Source of the DNA: Armatimonadota bacterium
Lineage (GTDB): Bacteria > Armatimonadota > UBA5829 > DSUL01
DNA length: 64,000 nucleotides
Direction: 5' to 3'
NCBI GenBank assembly: GCA_039811685.1
Contig: JBDHZC010000001.1
Location: forward strand, 32,001-96,000
Numbering within the stretch: the first letter of the stretch is position 1; each line of letters starts with the position of its first letter. The position numbers and the translations under genes are program-made. This document shows positions 55,286-64,000 of the stretch, one piece after another. A model generated the notes under the pieces. It had not been told where the DNA came from. It searched no databases and was given only the letters and a program-made list of their open reading frames with translations.

Positions 55286-56611
55286 TTGGCGGAGGTGGAT
55301 CTGTCAAAAGTGAGAAAGCGCGGGCCACGTCCCGGCGCTTTCGTTGAAGACGACCGCGGGCTGAACGCGGAGGTTGACTGGCTGGCCTCGCAGGATAGCA
55401 GTCTGTTCCGCCAGTTGAGGGATGCGATGAACGGGATGGACGTGGCTTATGTCGCCACGTATCCACCGCGTGAATGTGGGATTGCCACTTTCACAAAAGA
55501 CCTCTCCTCTGCTATCGACAAGTTTATGCCGTTCGCGAACAAGATGATTATCGCCATGAGCAAGGGCGATGAGATCGAGCAGTATCCGCGTGACGTGCGA
55601 TTTCAGATTTTTGACCGCAGCCGTGACAGCCACACAGCCGGAGCTGATTTCATCAATGCTTCTTCGGCGAAGGTTGTCAGCCTGCAGCACGAGTTTGGCA
55701 TATTTGGTGGTCCGGACGGGGAGTACATCCTGGATTTCGCGGAGCGCTTGACGAAGCCATTCGTCATGACGATGCACACCGTGCTTTACAATCCAAGTCC
55801 GAATCAGAAACGCGTCGTACAGCGCCTGGCGGAGCTTGCGGGCGCTGTCGTGGTGATGGTGAAGCTGGGCGAGGACATCTTGCGTGAAGTCTATGACGTT
55901 CCCGCGGAGAAGGTCGCTTTGATCCCGCACGGAGTTCCGAATGTGCACCGGATTCCGGCCGAGCTTGTCAAGCGCGATCTGGGGCTCGCCGGTCATGAAG
56001 TTGTCTCGACTTTCGGCCTTATCAGCCGCGGCAAGGGCATCGAGTACGCGATTATGGCCATCGCCGAAGTGCGCAAGAAATTCCCGAATGTGCGCTATCT
56101 CGTGCTCGGGGAGACTCACCCCGGAGTGCGCCACATGGAGGGTGAGTCCTATCGCCAGAAGCTGTTGGACCTCCTGGACGAGTACGATCTGCACGACCAC
56201 GTGCGCTTCAACAACCGCTTTCTGACACTGCGAGAGCTTGTCCGGTATTTGTCAGCTACGGACGTCTACGTGACCCCGTACATCAACAAAGATCAGATAG
56301 TGTCCGGGACGTTGGCTTATGCGCTGGGCTGCGGCCGCGCCATTGTCTCGACAAAGTACCTTTTTGCCGAAGAAGTGCTTGCGGACGGCCGCGGTGTGCT
56401 GGTGGACTTCTGCGACCCCGCGCCGATGGCGCAGGCGATCATTGACATTTTGTCCAACGAGAGCTATCGCAGCGAGATGGAGTCTGCTGCGTACAAGTAT
56501 GGGCGCCGGGCGGCATGGTTTAACGTCGCTGTGGACTATCTTAGCGTCTTTCATCACGTCCTTGAGAACGCCCAGGCGCCGGCTATTCTGGAAGGCGCCG
56601 CGAAAGGTTAG
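55286..56611 (+). CDS. Glycosyltransferase family 4
   Basis: 'YPPRECGIATFT', 'QHEFGIFGG', 'KGIEY', 'SGTLAYA'. Confidence 0.92.
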   Translation: MAEVDLSKVRKRGPRPGAFVEDDRGLNAEVDWLASQDSSLFRQLRDAMNGMDVAYVATYPPRECGIATFTKDLSSAIDKFMPFANKMIIAMSKGDEIEQYPRDVRFQIFDRSRDSHTAGADFINASSAKVVSLQHEFGIFGGPDGEYILDFAERLTKPFVMTMHTVLYNPSPNQKRVVQRLAELAGAVVVMVKLGEDILREVYDVPAEKVALIPHGVPNVHRIPAELVKRDLGLAGHEVVSTFGLISRGKGIEYAIMAIAEVRKKFPNVRYLVLGETHPGVRHMEGESYRQKLLDLLDEYDLHDHVRFNNRFLTLRELVRYLSATDVYVTPYINKDQIVSGTLAYALGCGRAIVSTKYLFAEEVLADGRGVLVDFCDPAPMAQAIIDILSNESYRSEMESAAYKYGRRAAWFNVAVDYLSVFHHVLENAQAPAILEGAAKG

Positions 56612-56618
56612 GGCTTCT

Positions 56619-57722
56619 GTGACCCCCGCAACTGCAACGGCGTCCAAAGGGCGCTACGTGATCGAGGGGAACTACCCCGAGATCACTCTGGATCATCTCG
56701 ATCAACTTACGGACCGCACCGGCATCATTCAGCACGCGATCTATTCCATTCCGAACCGGCGGACCGGTTACTGCACGGACGACAACGCCCGGGCGCTGAT
56801 TGTCGCCGTCTGCCATCACGACGCAACGGGCTCGCGAGAATCGCTGAGGCTGGTCAGCACCTATCTCAGCTTCTGCCACTACGCCAAGATTCCAAATGGC
56901 AAGTTTCACAATTTCATGTCCTTTGACCAGGTCTTTCTGGACGGAGAAGGCTCGGAAGATTGCCAGGGCAGAACTCTCTGGGCGCTCGGCCAGTGTCTGG
57001 CCGCCAAAATCCACGACAACGTAAAGGAGGTCGCTCGGAATCTGTTCCGGGACGCGCTCTGGGTGCCGGAAAGTCTGAGCTATCTGCGTTCACGATCTTA
57101 TGCGGCGCTGGGCCTGGCTCTCTATCTGCAGGCGCACCAGGAGGAAGAGGTCGCCGATGTTCTTCGGGCAATGGCGGACAGTATCGCTGACACCTTTGAA
57201 GTGAATGCCACTACCGACTGGGAATGGTTTGAGAATGGCCTGACATACTCCAATCCTCTCATGCCCCGAGCGCTGTTCATGGCGTATCAGGCTCTGGGGG
57301 ATGAGCGCTATCTTCAGATCGCCGAGCGCAGCTGGGCGTTCCTTGAGAAGCAGTGCGTGATTGACGGAATAGTCCAGATCATCGGATGTAACGGATGGTA
57401 TTATAAAGGGCGTGAGCGGGCGTGGTTTGACCAGCAGCCTATTGACGCAATGATGATGGTTCTCGGAGCGCTGGATGGTTTGAAGGCCACCGGCAATCCA
57501 CACTATCTTGATACCGCCAAGCTGTGCTTGGACTGGTTTATGGGCAAGAACGCTCTGGGCGTCCCGCTGCATGACCCGGTCACCGGCGGTTGCTTTGATG
57601 GGCTGGCTGCAACAGGCCGCAACGGCAATCAGGGCGCTGAATCTACTATCTCGGGCCTACTGACACAGATTATAATGGCGCCCTACATCAAGGACGGACA
57701 GTCTCTATTTGTTGAGAAATGA
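56619..57722 (+). CDS. Six-hairpin glycosidase-like partner of the GT4 (start 56619 or 56658)
   Basis: 'GIIQHA', 'GYCTDDNARAL', 'FDQQP', 'NQGAEST'. Confidence 0.82.
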   Translation: MTPATATASKGRYVIEGNYPEITLDHLDQLTDRTGIIQHAIYSIPNRRTGYCTDDNARALIVAVCHHDATGSRESLRLVSTYLSFCHYAKIPNGKFHNFMSFDQVFLDGEGSEDCQGRTLWALGQCLAAKIHDNVKEVARNLFRDALWVPESLSYLRSRSYAALGLALYLQAHQEEEVADVLRAMADSIADTFEVNATTDWEWFENGLTYSNPLMPRALFMAYQALGDERYLQIAERSWAFLEKQCVIDGIVQIIGCNGWYYKGRERAWFDQQPIDAMMMVLGALDGLKATGNPHYLDTAKLCLDWFMGKNALGVPLHDPVTGGCFDGLAATGRNGNQGAESTISGLLTQIIMAPYIKDGQSLFVEK

Positions 57723-57744
57723 TGAAGGATTATCCAGGACTCAC

Positions 57745-58635
57745 GTGAAGCTGTTTGACGCACTGCAAAGCGGGCGGGTCATCGTCTCGGACGGCGCGAT
57801 GGGCACGATGCTCCAGATGCGCGGTCTCCCGGTGGGGGAGTTGCCGGAGCTCTGGAATCTGACTCATCCTGATGACGTTCGCGCGGTCCACTCAGCCTAT
57901 GTCGAAGCTGGCGCCAACCTGATATGCACCAACACTTTTGGCGGTGCGCGTATTCATCTTCAAAGAGCAGGGCAGGCTGACAGACTTGTAGAGATCAATC
58001 AGCGCGCAGTTGAAATTGCCAGAGATGCCTGCGCTGAGCGAGCAATGGTAGTCTGTTCCATCGGGCCGCTTGGCGAAATGTTGGAACCGTATGGCGACAT
58101 ATCCGAAGAAGACGCCGCTGCGCAGTTTTCTGAACAGGCCCAGGCTCTTTGCGCCGCGTCGCCAGATGCCATTTTGCTGGAAACTTTCTACGATATTGCT
58201 GAACTCAGAGTAGCCGCAACTGCTGTCGCGGGCGCCGGTCTGCCCGTTATGGCGTCAATGACTTTCACTCAGCACGGGCGCACCATAACGGGCGCTACTC
58301 CTCAGGCAGCCGCGGAAACGGCTGGGGAGCTCGGCTTTGTAGCTTTCGGCGCAAACTGCGGCACTGGTCCCGAACACGTTATTAGAGTCATTGAAGCCAT
58401 GGCGGCTACGGATCACCCACCTCTACTCGCGCAGCCCAATGCGGGCCTCCCTCAAACACAATCCGACGGAACACTTGTATACACTCAAAACCCGCAGGTA
58501 TTCGCGGAGTATGCGCCGAAGTTCCGGGAGGCAGGATGTGCTATAATTGGCGGCTGTTGTGGCAGTACGCCAGACCATATTCGATCTGTTCGGACCGCGC
58601 TTGAGCAGGCCGCCCACCCATTGCTGCAGGCATAA
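57745..58635 (+). CDS. Homocysteine S-methyltransferase family (stand-alone MetH N-terminal domain)
   Basis: 'DGAMGT', 'TNTFG', 'GANCG', 'PNAGLP', 'GGCCG'. Confidence 0.92.
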   Translation: MKLFDALQSGRVIVSDGAMGTMLQMRGLPVGELPELWNLTHPDDVRAVHSAYVEAGANLICTNTFGGARIHLQRAGQADRLVEINQRAVEIARDACAERAMVVCSIGPLGEMLEPYGDISEEDAAAQFSEQAQALCAASPDAILLETFYDIAELRVAATAVAGAGLPVMASMTFTQHGRTITGATPQAAAETAGELGFVAFGANCGTGPEHVIRVIEAMAATDHPPLLAQPNAGLPQTQSDGTLVYTQNPQVFAEYAPKFREAGCAIIGGCCGSTPDHIRSVRTALEQAAHPLLQA

Positions 58636-58653
58636 CCGGTTCCTGGAGGACAT

Positions 58654-59793
58654 ATGAACTTGCGCCAAACTCTCGCGCTGCTGTGTGTTGCGGCGAGCCT
58701 TCTGCTGGCTCCCGGTTGCGCGAAAAAGAGCAATGAGCCAGTTGTCGGGGTGTATCTGGCTCTGACCGGAAAACAGGCCGATTTCGGAATTACCACCAGG
58801 CAGGGTGTGGAGCTTGCCGCTGAAGAGATAAACAGCCGTCAGGGGATCAATGGCAAGAAGCTCAAGTTTGTATTTGAAGATGACCGGGGAGATCCTGCGG
58901 AAGCTCGGACGGCGGTCTCTAAACTCATAGATCAGGAAGGGGCAGTTGCGATTCTGGGAGACGTGGCAAGCAAGAACAGTATCGCAGCCGGGCAGGTGTG
59001 TCAGCAGCGCGAAATCCCGATGATCAGTCCGTCTTCCACAAATCCGCGTGTCACTCAGGACCGCCCCTACGTTTTTCGCGTGTGCTTCATCGATCCGTTT
59101 CAGGGATATGTAATGGCGAAGTTCGCTGCGGACAATCTGAAGGTCCACACGGCTGCTGTCCTGTGGGACAACAGTCAGGATTACAGCGTTGGGCTGGCAA
59201 AGGTGTTCCTTCAGGAGTTTCCGAAGATGGGCGGAAAGATCGTAGCGCAGGTGAACTATCAGAGTGACGATCAGGATTTCAGCTCTCAGTTGACCAAGAT
59301 TAGAGCCGCAAACCCGGACGTGATCTATGTGCCAGGATACTATAGTGAAGTGGCTCTTATCGCCCGCAAAGCCCGTGAGTTGGGTATCAAGGTGCCGTTG
59401 CTCGGCGGTGATGGCTGGACATCCCCAACACTGGTTCAAAGATCAGGAGGGGCGCTCTACGGCAGTTACATGAGCGATCACTACTCGGCAGAGTCGGAGA
59501 AACCAGCTGTCAAGCAGTTTGTAGAGGCTTTCAAGGCAAAGTTTCACACGGAACCCAACTCTCTGGCCGCGCTGGGCTACGACGCGACGTGGATTCTGGC
59601 GGATGCGATGAAGCGCGCAGGCGACTTCAAACCAAAGGATATCCGGGATCAGATCGCGGCGACCAGAGATTATCCCGGCGTCACCGGCAACATCACCATC
59701 AACAGTCAACGAAATGCTGTGAAGTCCGCAGTCGTGCTCAAAATTGGCAAAGACAGGCCGGAGTACTTCACGACCATAGACCCGCCTAAGTAG
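58654..59793 (+). CDS. livK: Branched-chain amino acid ABC substrate-binding lipoprotein
   Basis: Lipobox 'LAPGC', 'GINGKK', 'FRVCFID', 'GGDGW'. Confidence 0.9.
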   Translation: MNLRQTLALLCVAASLLLAPGCAKKSNEPVVGVYLALTGKQADFGITTRQGVELAAEEINSRQGINGKKLKFVFEDDRGDPAEARTAVSKLIDQEGAVAILGDVASKNSIAAGQVCQQREIPMISPSSTNPRVTQDRPYVFRVCFIDPFQGYVMAKFAADNLKVHTAAVLWDNSQDYSVGLAKVFLQEFPKMGGKIVAQVNYQSDDQDFSSQLTKIRAANPDVIYVPGYYSEVALIARKARELGIKVPLLGGDGWTSPTLVQRSGGALYGSYMSDHYSAESEKPAVKQFVEAFKAKFHTEPNSLAALGYDATWILADAMKRAGDFKPKDIRDQIAATRDYPGVTGNITINSQRNAVKSAVVLKIGKDRPEYFTTIDPPK

Positions 59794-59798
59794 CGTTA

Positions 59799-60701
59799 TT
59801 GCAAGAGTTCCTTCAGCAACTGATCAACGGTGTTGTGTGGGGTAGTGCGTATGCCCTGATTGCGCTTGGCTACACCATGGTCTATGGAATTTTGCGGCTC
59901 ATTAACTTCGCGCATGGCGATGTGTATATGATGGGCGCTTATGTCGCGTACTTCATCGGGCTGGCTTTGGGTGCGTCTGCGACTCACACGCTGATGGGTG
60001 GTGCGTTGATTCTGGCAGGCGCTATGGCCGGCAGTGCTGTTCTCGGCTTTTGCATTGAGCGCTTCATCTACCGTCCGCTGAGTTCAGCGCCGCGCCTCAC
60101 ATTGCTCATAGCCGCCATTGGCGTGTCACTGTTCCTGGAGTATTTCGCCCAGCTTCAGTTTGGCTCCGAACCGCGTCTATTTCCTCAGTTTCTGCGTCAG
60201 GAAACCGTATTCCAGATGGGCCGGGTAACACTGAGCAACCAGCAGGCGCTGGTTGTGATCGTGTCGATACTACTTGGTCTCGGGCTGCAGTACATCGTGC
60301 ATCTGACCAGTATCGGCCGGGCTATGCGAGCGGTCAGCTTCGACAGAGAGGCGGCAGCGCTGATGGGTATCTCGGTCAACACTGTGGTCTCCTTTACGTT
60401 TGTTCTCGGCTCCGCGCTTGCCGCCGCTGCTGCTGTACTCATCTCACTGAACAATCCGCAGATTCTCCCCTTTATGGGTATCCAGCCGGGGTTAAAGGCA
60501 TTTGTCGCGGCGGTCCTGGGCGGAATCGGGAATGTCTGGGGGGCTATTGCCGGTGGACTGTTGATGGGCATTGCGGAAACCATGGTTGTGGGATATGGGC
60601 AGTCGAGCTGGCGTGACGGCATTGTCTTTGCCATTTTGATTGTGGTGCTGCTCGTCAAACCAACCGGGTTGTTCGGATCACCGGTAACGGACAGGGCTTG
60701 A
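59799..60701 (+). CDS. livH: BCAA ABC permease
   Basis: 'ALGYTMVYG..INFAHG', 'KAFVAAVLGGIG'. Confidence 0.93.
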   Translation: MQEFLQQLINGVVWGSAYALIALGYTMVYGILRLINFAHGDVYMMGAYVAYFIGLALGASATHTLMGGALILAGAMAGSAVLGFCIERFIYRPLSSAPRLTLLIAAIGVSLFLEYFAQLQFGSEPRLFPQFLRQETVFQMGRVTLSNQQALVVIVSILLGLGLQYIVHLTSIGRAMRAVSFDREAAALMGISVNTVVSFTFVLGSALAAAAAVLISLNNPQILPFMGIQPGLKAFVAAVLGGIGNVWGAIAGGLLMGIAETMVVGYGQSSWRDGIVFAILIVVLLVKPTGLFGSPVTDRA

Positions 60702-60702
60702 G

Positions 60703-61698
60703 GTGATCTTCCGCCGCCTCCTCAAGATTGCGGTAACTGTGGCGTTACTGGCAGGCGTGGAGTACCTGCTCCTCAACTATGTAGACCGCTATGTAGCCAG
60801 AATTGCCAACCTCTGCTGCTTCTCCGTTATGCTCGCTGTAAGCCTGAATATTATCAACGGCTACGCGGGGCAGTTTTCGCTGGGGCATGCCGGCTTTTAC
60901 GCTGTTGGAGCGTATTCTGGAGGCGCTCTCACGCAGTACGCCGGGCCGAGTCTGCTGCATGTGTTCGGAATGGGAGCTACTCCGCTCGGGAATGCTGCGC
61001 TCCTTCTTGCGGCGGCTTGTGTTGGCGCGGTGTGTGCTGCTGCTGCGGGGTTGATTGTCGGGATACCAGCGCTGCGGCTGAAAGGTGATTACCTCGCCAT
61101 TGCAACGCTCGGTTTCAACGAGATGATTCGCGTTCTAATTCTCAACGTGCCGGCCCTGGGAGGTGCAACTGGCTTTCTGCTAAGCACCCGGGCCAGCATC
61201 GATTTCTTTAGTCTTGGACTCTTCACAGTCGCAATTGTCTGGTTGTCCAGAAATCTTCTGAACTCGCGTCAGGGGAGAGCGCTGCAGGCTCTGAGGGATG
61301 ATGAAACGGCAGCGTCGGTGCTCGGCATCAACGTGACTCAAACCAAAGTGATGGCTTTTGTCCTTAGCTCTGCGATGGCGGGTTGCGCGGGTGCGCTCTA
61401 TTCGCAGTACGATGGCTTTCTTCAGCCGGATTCGTTCAACTTCATCCGCAGCATTGAGATCATCATTATGGTTGTCGTCGGTGGACTGGGCTCGACAACA
61501 GGCGCGGTTATTGCGGCGATCGTTCTGACTGTGCTGCCAGAGACTCTGCGGGGTCTGGCGGACTATCGGATGGTTATCTATTCAACCTTGCTGATACTGA
61601 CAGTACTTGTTCGGCCGCAGGGATTGTTGGGAACATCGGAGTTCAGCTGGTCGGGATTGCGCCTGCGCCGAAAGGAGGCTGAAGGTGGCCTCTCTTGA
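60703..61698 (+). CDS. livM: BCAA ABC permease
   Basis: 'GYAGQFSLGHA', 'LRLKGDYLAIATLGF'. Confidence 0.93.
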   Translation: MIFRRLLKIAVTVALLAGVEYLLLNYVDRYVARIANLCCFSVMLAVSLNIINGYAGQFSLGHAGFYAVGAYSGGALTQYAGPSLLHVFGMGATPLGNAALLLAAACVGAVCAAAAGLIVGIPALRLKGDYLAIATLGFNEMIRVLILNVPALGGATGFLLSTRASIDFFSLGLFTVAIVWLSRNLLNSRQGRALQALRDDETAASVLGINVTQTKVMAFVLSSAMAGCAGALYSQYDGFLQPDSFNFIRSIEIIIMVVVGGLGSTTGAVIAAIVLTVLPETLRGLADYRMVIYSTLLILTVLVRPQGLLGTSEFSWSGLRLRRKEAEGGLS

Positions 61699-62494
61699 GG
61701 TGAACGGCCTCACCAAGCGCTTCGGTGGGCTGACGGCAGTGGATGGCCTGAGTCTGAGCGTACCGGAGCACGGACTTGTGGGGCTGATAGGCCCGAACGG
61801 CGCGGGCAAGACAACCGCTTTCAACCTCATCACAGGGCTGTATACGCCTGATTCCGGAAGCGTTCGACTGGCGGGCAAAGAGCTCGCCGGCCTCCCGGCT
61901 CACGCTATCGCGCGCTCCGGAATCTGCCGGACGTTTCAGAATATCCGGCTTTTCAATTCACTCTCGGCGCTGGAGAACGTGCTCATTGGATCATATCTCC
62001 ATACGAATGGCAGCCTCTGGGATGCTCTCGTAGCTGGTTCCCGCCTGCACCGTGAAGAATCAGAGTTGTGGCAGCATGCGGTAGGAGTGATGAACACACT
62101 TGGCATAGCGCACTGGGCGAACGAACAGGCGCGCAACCTTCCCTACGGAGACCAGAGGCGCCTTGAGATAGCCCGGGCATTGGCTTCCGACCCTGTGCTT
62201 CTGCTTCTTGACGAGCCTGCTGCGGGCATGAACTCACAAGAGACGGCCGCCCTTATGAATCTCGTGAGAAGCTTGCGCGACGATCACGGCCTGAGTATTC
62301 TGCTGATTGAGCACGATATGCGGTTTGTCATGGGCATTTGTGAAACAATTTACGTCCTGGACTATGGAGTCGTTATCGCCAGCGGCTCACCGGAAGAGAT
62401 ACGGTCGAACCCGAAGGTCATCGAAGCCTATCTGGGGGAGGCGCCTGTTGTGAGCGTACAGGGTAGCGTCGAGAAGGACACTTCGTCGCCTTGA
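61685..62494 (+). CDS. livG: BCAA ABC ATPase
   Basis: 'FGGL', 'GPNGAGKTT', 'RTFQNIRLF', 'LPYG', 'AYLG'; GTG after AAGGAGG. Confidence 0.93.
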   Translation: MASLEVNGLTKRFGGLTAVDGLSLSVPEHGLVGLIGPNGAGKTTAFNLITGLYTPDSGSVRLAGKELAGLPAHAIARSGICRTFQNIRLFNSLSALENVLIGSYLHTNGSLWDALVAGSRLHREESELWQHAVGVMNTLGIAHWANEQARNLPYGDQRRLEIARALASDPVLLLLDEPAAGMNSQETAALMNLVRSLRDDHGLSILLIEHDMRFVMGICETIYVLDYGVVIASGSPEEIRSNPKVIEAYLGEAPVVSVQGSVEKDTSSP

Positions 62495-63198
62495 TCCTTC
62501 GTCTACAGGAAATCAATGTTTACTACAGTGCTATTCATGCGCTGAAGAACTTGTCGCTGGAGGTGGAAGCCGGAGAGATCGTCACGCTGATCGGGGCCAA
62601 TGGCGCTGGAAAGAGCACGGCTCTCAAGGCAATCAGTGGGCTGGTCCGGCCAAAGACCGGCCTGATCGAATATCAGGGGCAAAACATCACCCGTCTGTCG
62701 CCAGAAGCAATAGTCCGCACAGGAATCAGCCACGTTCCCGAGGGACGGCGCGTTTTTTCCAATCTGACAGTGCGCGAAAACCTTCAGCTTGGAGCGTTTA
62801 CAGTCAAAGATCAGGGCCAGGTGGCCTCTTCAATCGAGCGGGTTCTCACCACTTTCCCGCGCCTCAAGGAGAGGTTGGGACAGTACGGTGGCACACTCTC
62901 AGGCGGTGAGCAGCAGATGCTGGCAATTGGCCGCGCACTGATGGTCAGACCGAAGCTGCTGATTCTCGATGAACCGTCTCTGGGACTTGCGCCCTTTCTC
63001 GTCTCTGAAATCTTCAACATCATCAGACTCATCAACTCCGAAGGCACGTCGATCCTTCTGGTTGAGCAAAACGCTCATCTGGCGCTCGGAGTCGCTCAGC
63101 GTGGCTATGTCATGGAGACGGGCAGAGTAGTACTGGCCTCATCTTCAGACAAACTGCTCAACAACGAAGAGGTCCGCAAAGCCTATCTCGGGGAGTAG
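62491..63198 (+). CDS. livF: BCAA ABC ATPase
   Basis: 'GANGAGKST', 'PEGRRVF', 'LSGGEQQMLA', 'DEPSLGLAP'. Confidence 0.94.
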   Translation: MILRLQEINVYYSAIHALKNLSLEVEAGEIVTLIGANGAGKSTALKAISGLVRPKTGLIEYQGQNITRLSPEAIVRTGISHVPEGRRVFSNLTVRENLQLGAFTVKDQGQVASSIERVLTTFPRLKERLGQYGGTLSGGEQQMLAIGRALMVRPKLLILDEPSLGLAPFLVSEIFNIIRLINSEGTSILLVEQNAHLALGVAQRGYVMETGRVVLASSSDKLLNNEEVRKAYLGE

Positions 63199-63512
63199 GG
63201 CCTCTTGAGAGACATCATTCGGCAGTGTTGTCTTCGGCGTTTCTGTTCTCGCAGAGTCAGTCTTATTTATTGGTAGGTTCTCAGAAGTGCCTCGTCCTCC
63301 GTGCTATTCTATGGCTGGTTTTTCTCGATGGGTGAGTGACTCTGTTGCGCTTTGCTCTTCAGAAAGCGTCCGGCTTTGCCGATATCAAGGCTGAGATTGG
63401 AGCGAGGTCTTCGGTGGGATTCGCCAGACTGCTGAAAACTCGATCTTCTCAACCGACAAGCGATCACGTTGTGCAGCGCACAGCGTGGCCATATCCTCCT
63501 TTCGTTCAATGA

Positions 63513-63553
63513 GGCTGTCGGGCGGCGAAGCCGTCCGGCAGCCCTGTTCTTTT
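63513..63553 (+). terminator. Probable intrinsic terminator
   Basis: 14-bp stem GGCTGTCGGGCGGC-GAA-GCCGTCCGGCAGCC followed by CTGTTCTTTT. Confidence 0.6.
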
Positions 63554-63627
63554 CACCAGCCTTTCTCGAGACTATAATGGAGCTGACGCTCTGGCACATC
63601 ACGCGCTGACGTCGGGCTCCATTCTTT

Positions 63628-64000
63628 ATGAAAACGACGACTGCTCTTTACCCTCCTTCACTTCTCCAAATCGCTCACGCCAATATTGCGTCCTATTCCT
63701 GGGCGACGGAGATTTGTGAGCGAGCGGTCCAGGAAGCTCTGCCCTGGGCGCAAATGTCCGATGACGAGCTCTGGGCGCTGCCATTTGCGCCGTCCATGGA
63801 GCGCTCATGGATGGTTTGGTCAGACGGGTTCTGTCCAGCCTGCAGGGCGTCTGTCCCCATGTACTCGTGGGAAATAAACGCGCTGCAGCTGCCCTGGAAG
63901 GTGCGTTGTCCCCATTGCCAGTGTCTGTTTCCCACCAACGACTTCTGCGCCTATTACAAGTCCGGCATAGGTCCAGACGGGCTATTTGCGAAATCGCGTG
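63628..64000 (+). CDS. 5' part of a gene running off the window; resembles the N-terminus of heparinase II/III-like proteins
   Basis: Open from ATG 63628: 'MSDDELW...RSWMVWSDGFCPAC...PWKVRCPHC...FPTNDF..YYKSG'; TATAAT upstream. Confidence 0.65.
   Translation, partial: MKTTTALYPPSLLQIAHANIASYSWATEICERAVQEALPWAQMSDDELWALPFAPSMERSWMVWSDGFCPACRASVPMYSWEINALQLPWKVRCPHCQCLFPTNDFCAYYKSGIGPDGLFAKSR

Noticed and set aside
1..64000. CRISPR array, rRNA, transposase, reverse transcriptase, and the many long antisense ORFs
   Set aside because: No regularly spaced repeats or diagnostic motifs were seen; antisense ORFs are expected shadows in GC-rich coding DNA

Overview
Gene-dense, GC-rich bacterial chromosomal window, probably from an Armatimonadota-like diderm (inference from the PEP-CTERM protein, the DUF1559/H-X9-DG pseudopilins and the style of the secreted multidomain proteins). 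It holds about 50 CDSs, two tRNAs (Arg-CCG, Leu-CAG) and a c-di-GMP-I riboswitch. Most interesting: (1) a complete, coupled nurA-herA-mre11-rad50 operon behind a sigma70 promoter with a LexA-type box; (2) five unrelated secreted proteins that share a C-terminal OB-fold-like module, a candidate sorting or anchoring signal; (3) a CxxC/RAPP (DUF2946-like) leader peptide whose 3' end can pair with the SD of a metal-uptake operon; (4) an orphan RHS toxin/immunity island next to tRNA-Leu, with a HExxH toxin tip only partly captured by the ORF track and hairpin/repeat sites between modules; (5) several unassigned structured intergenic RNAs. All calls come from reading motifs by eye; no searches were run.
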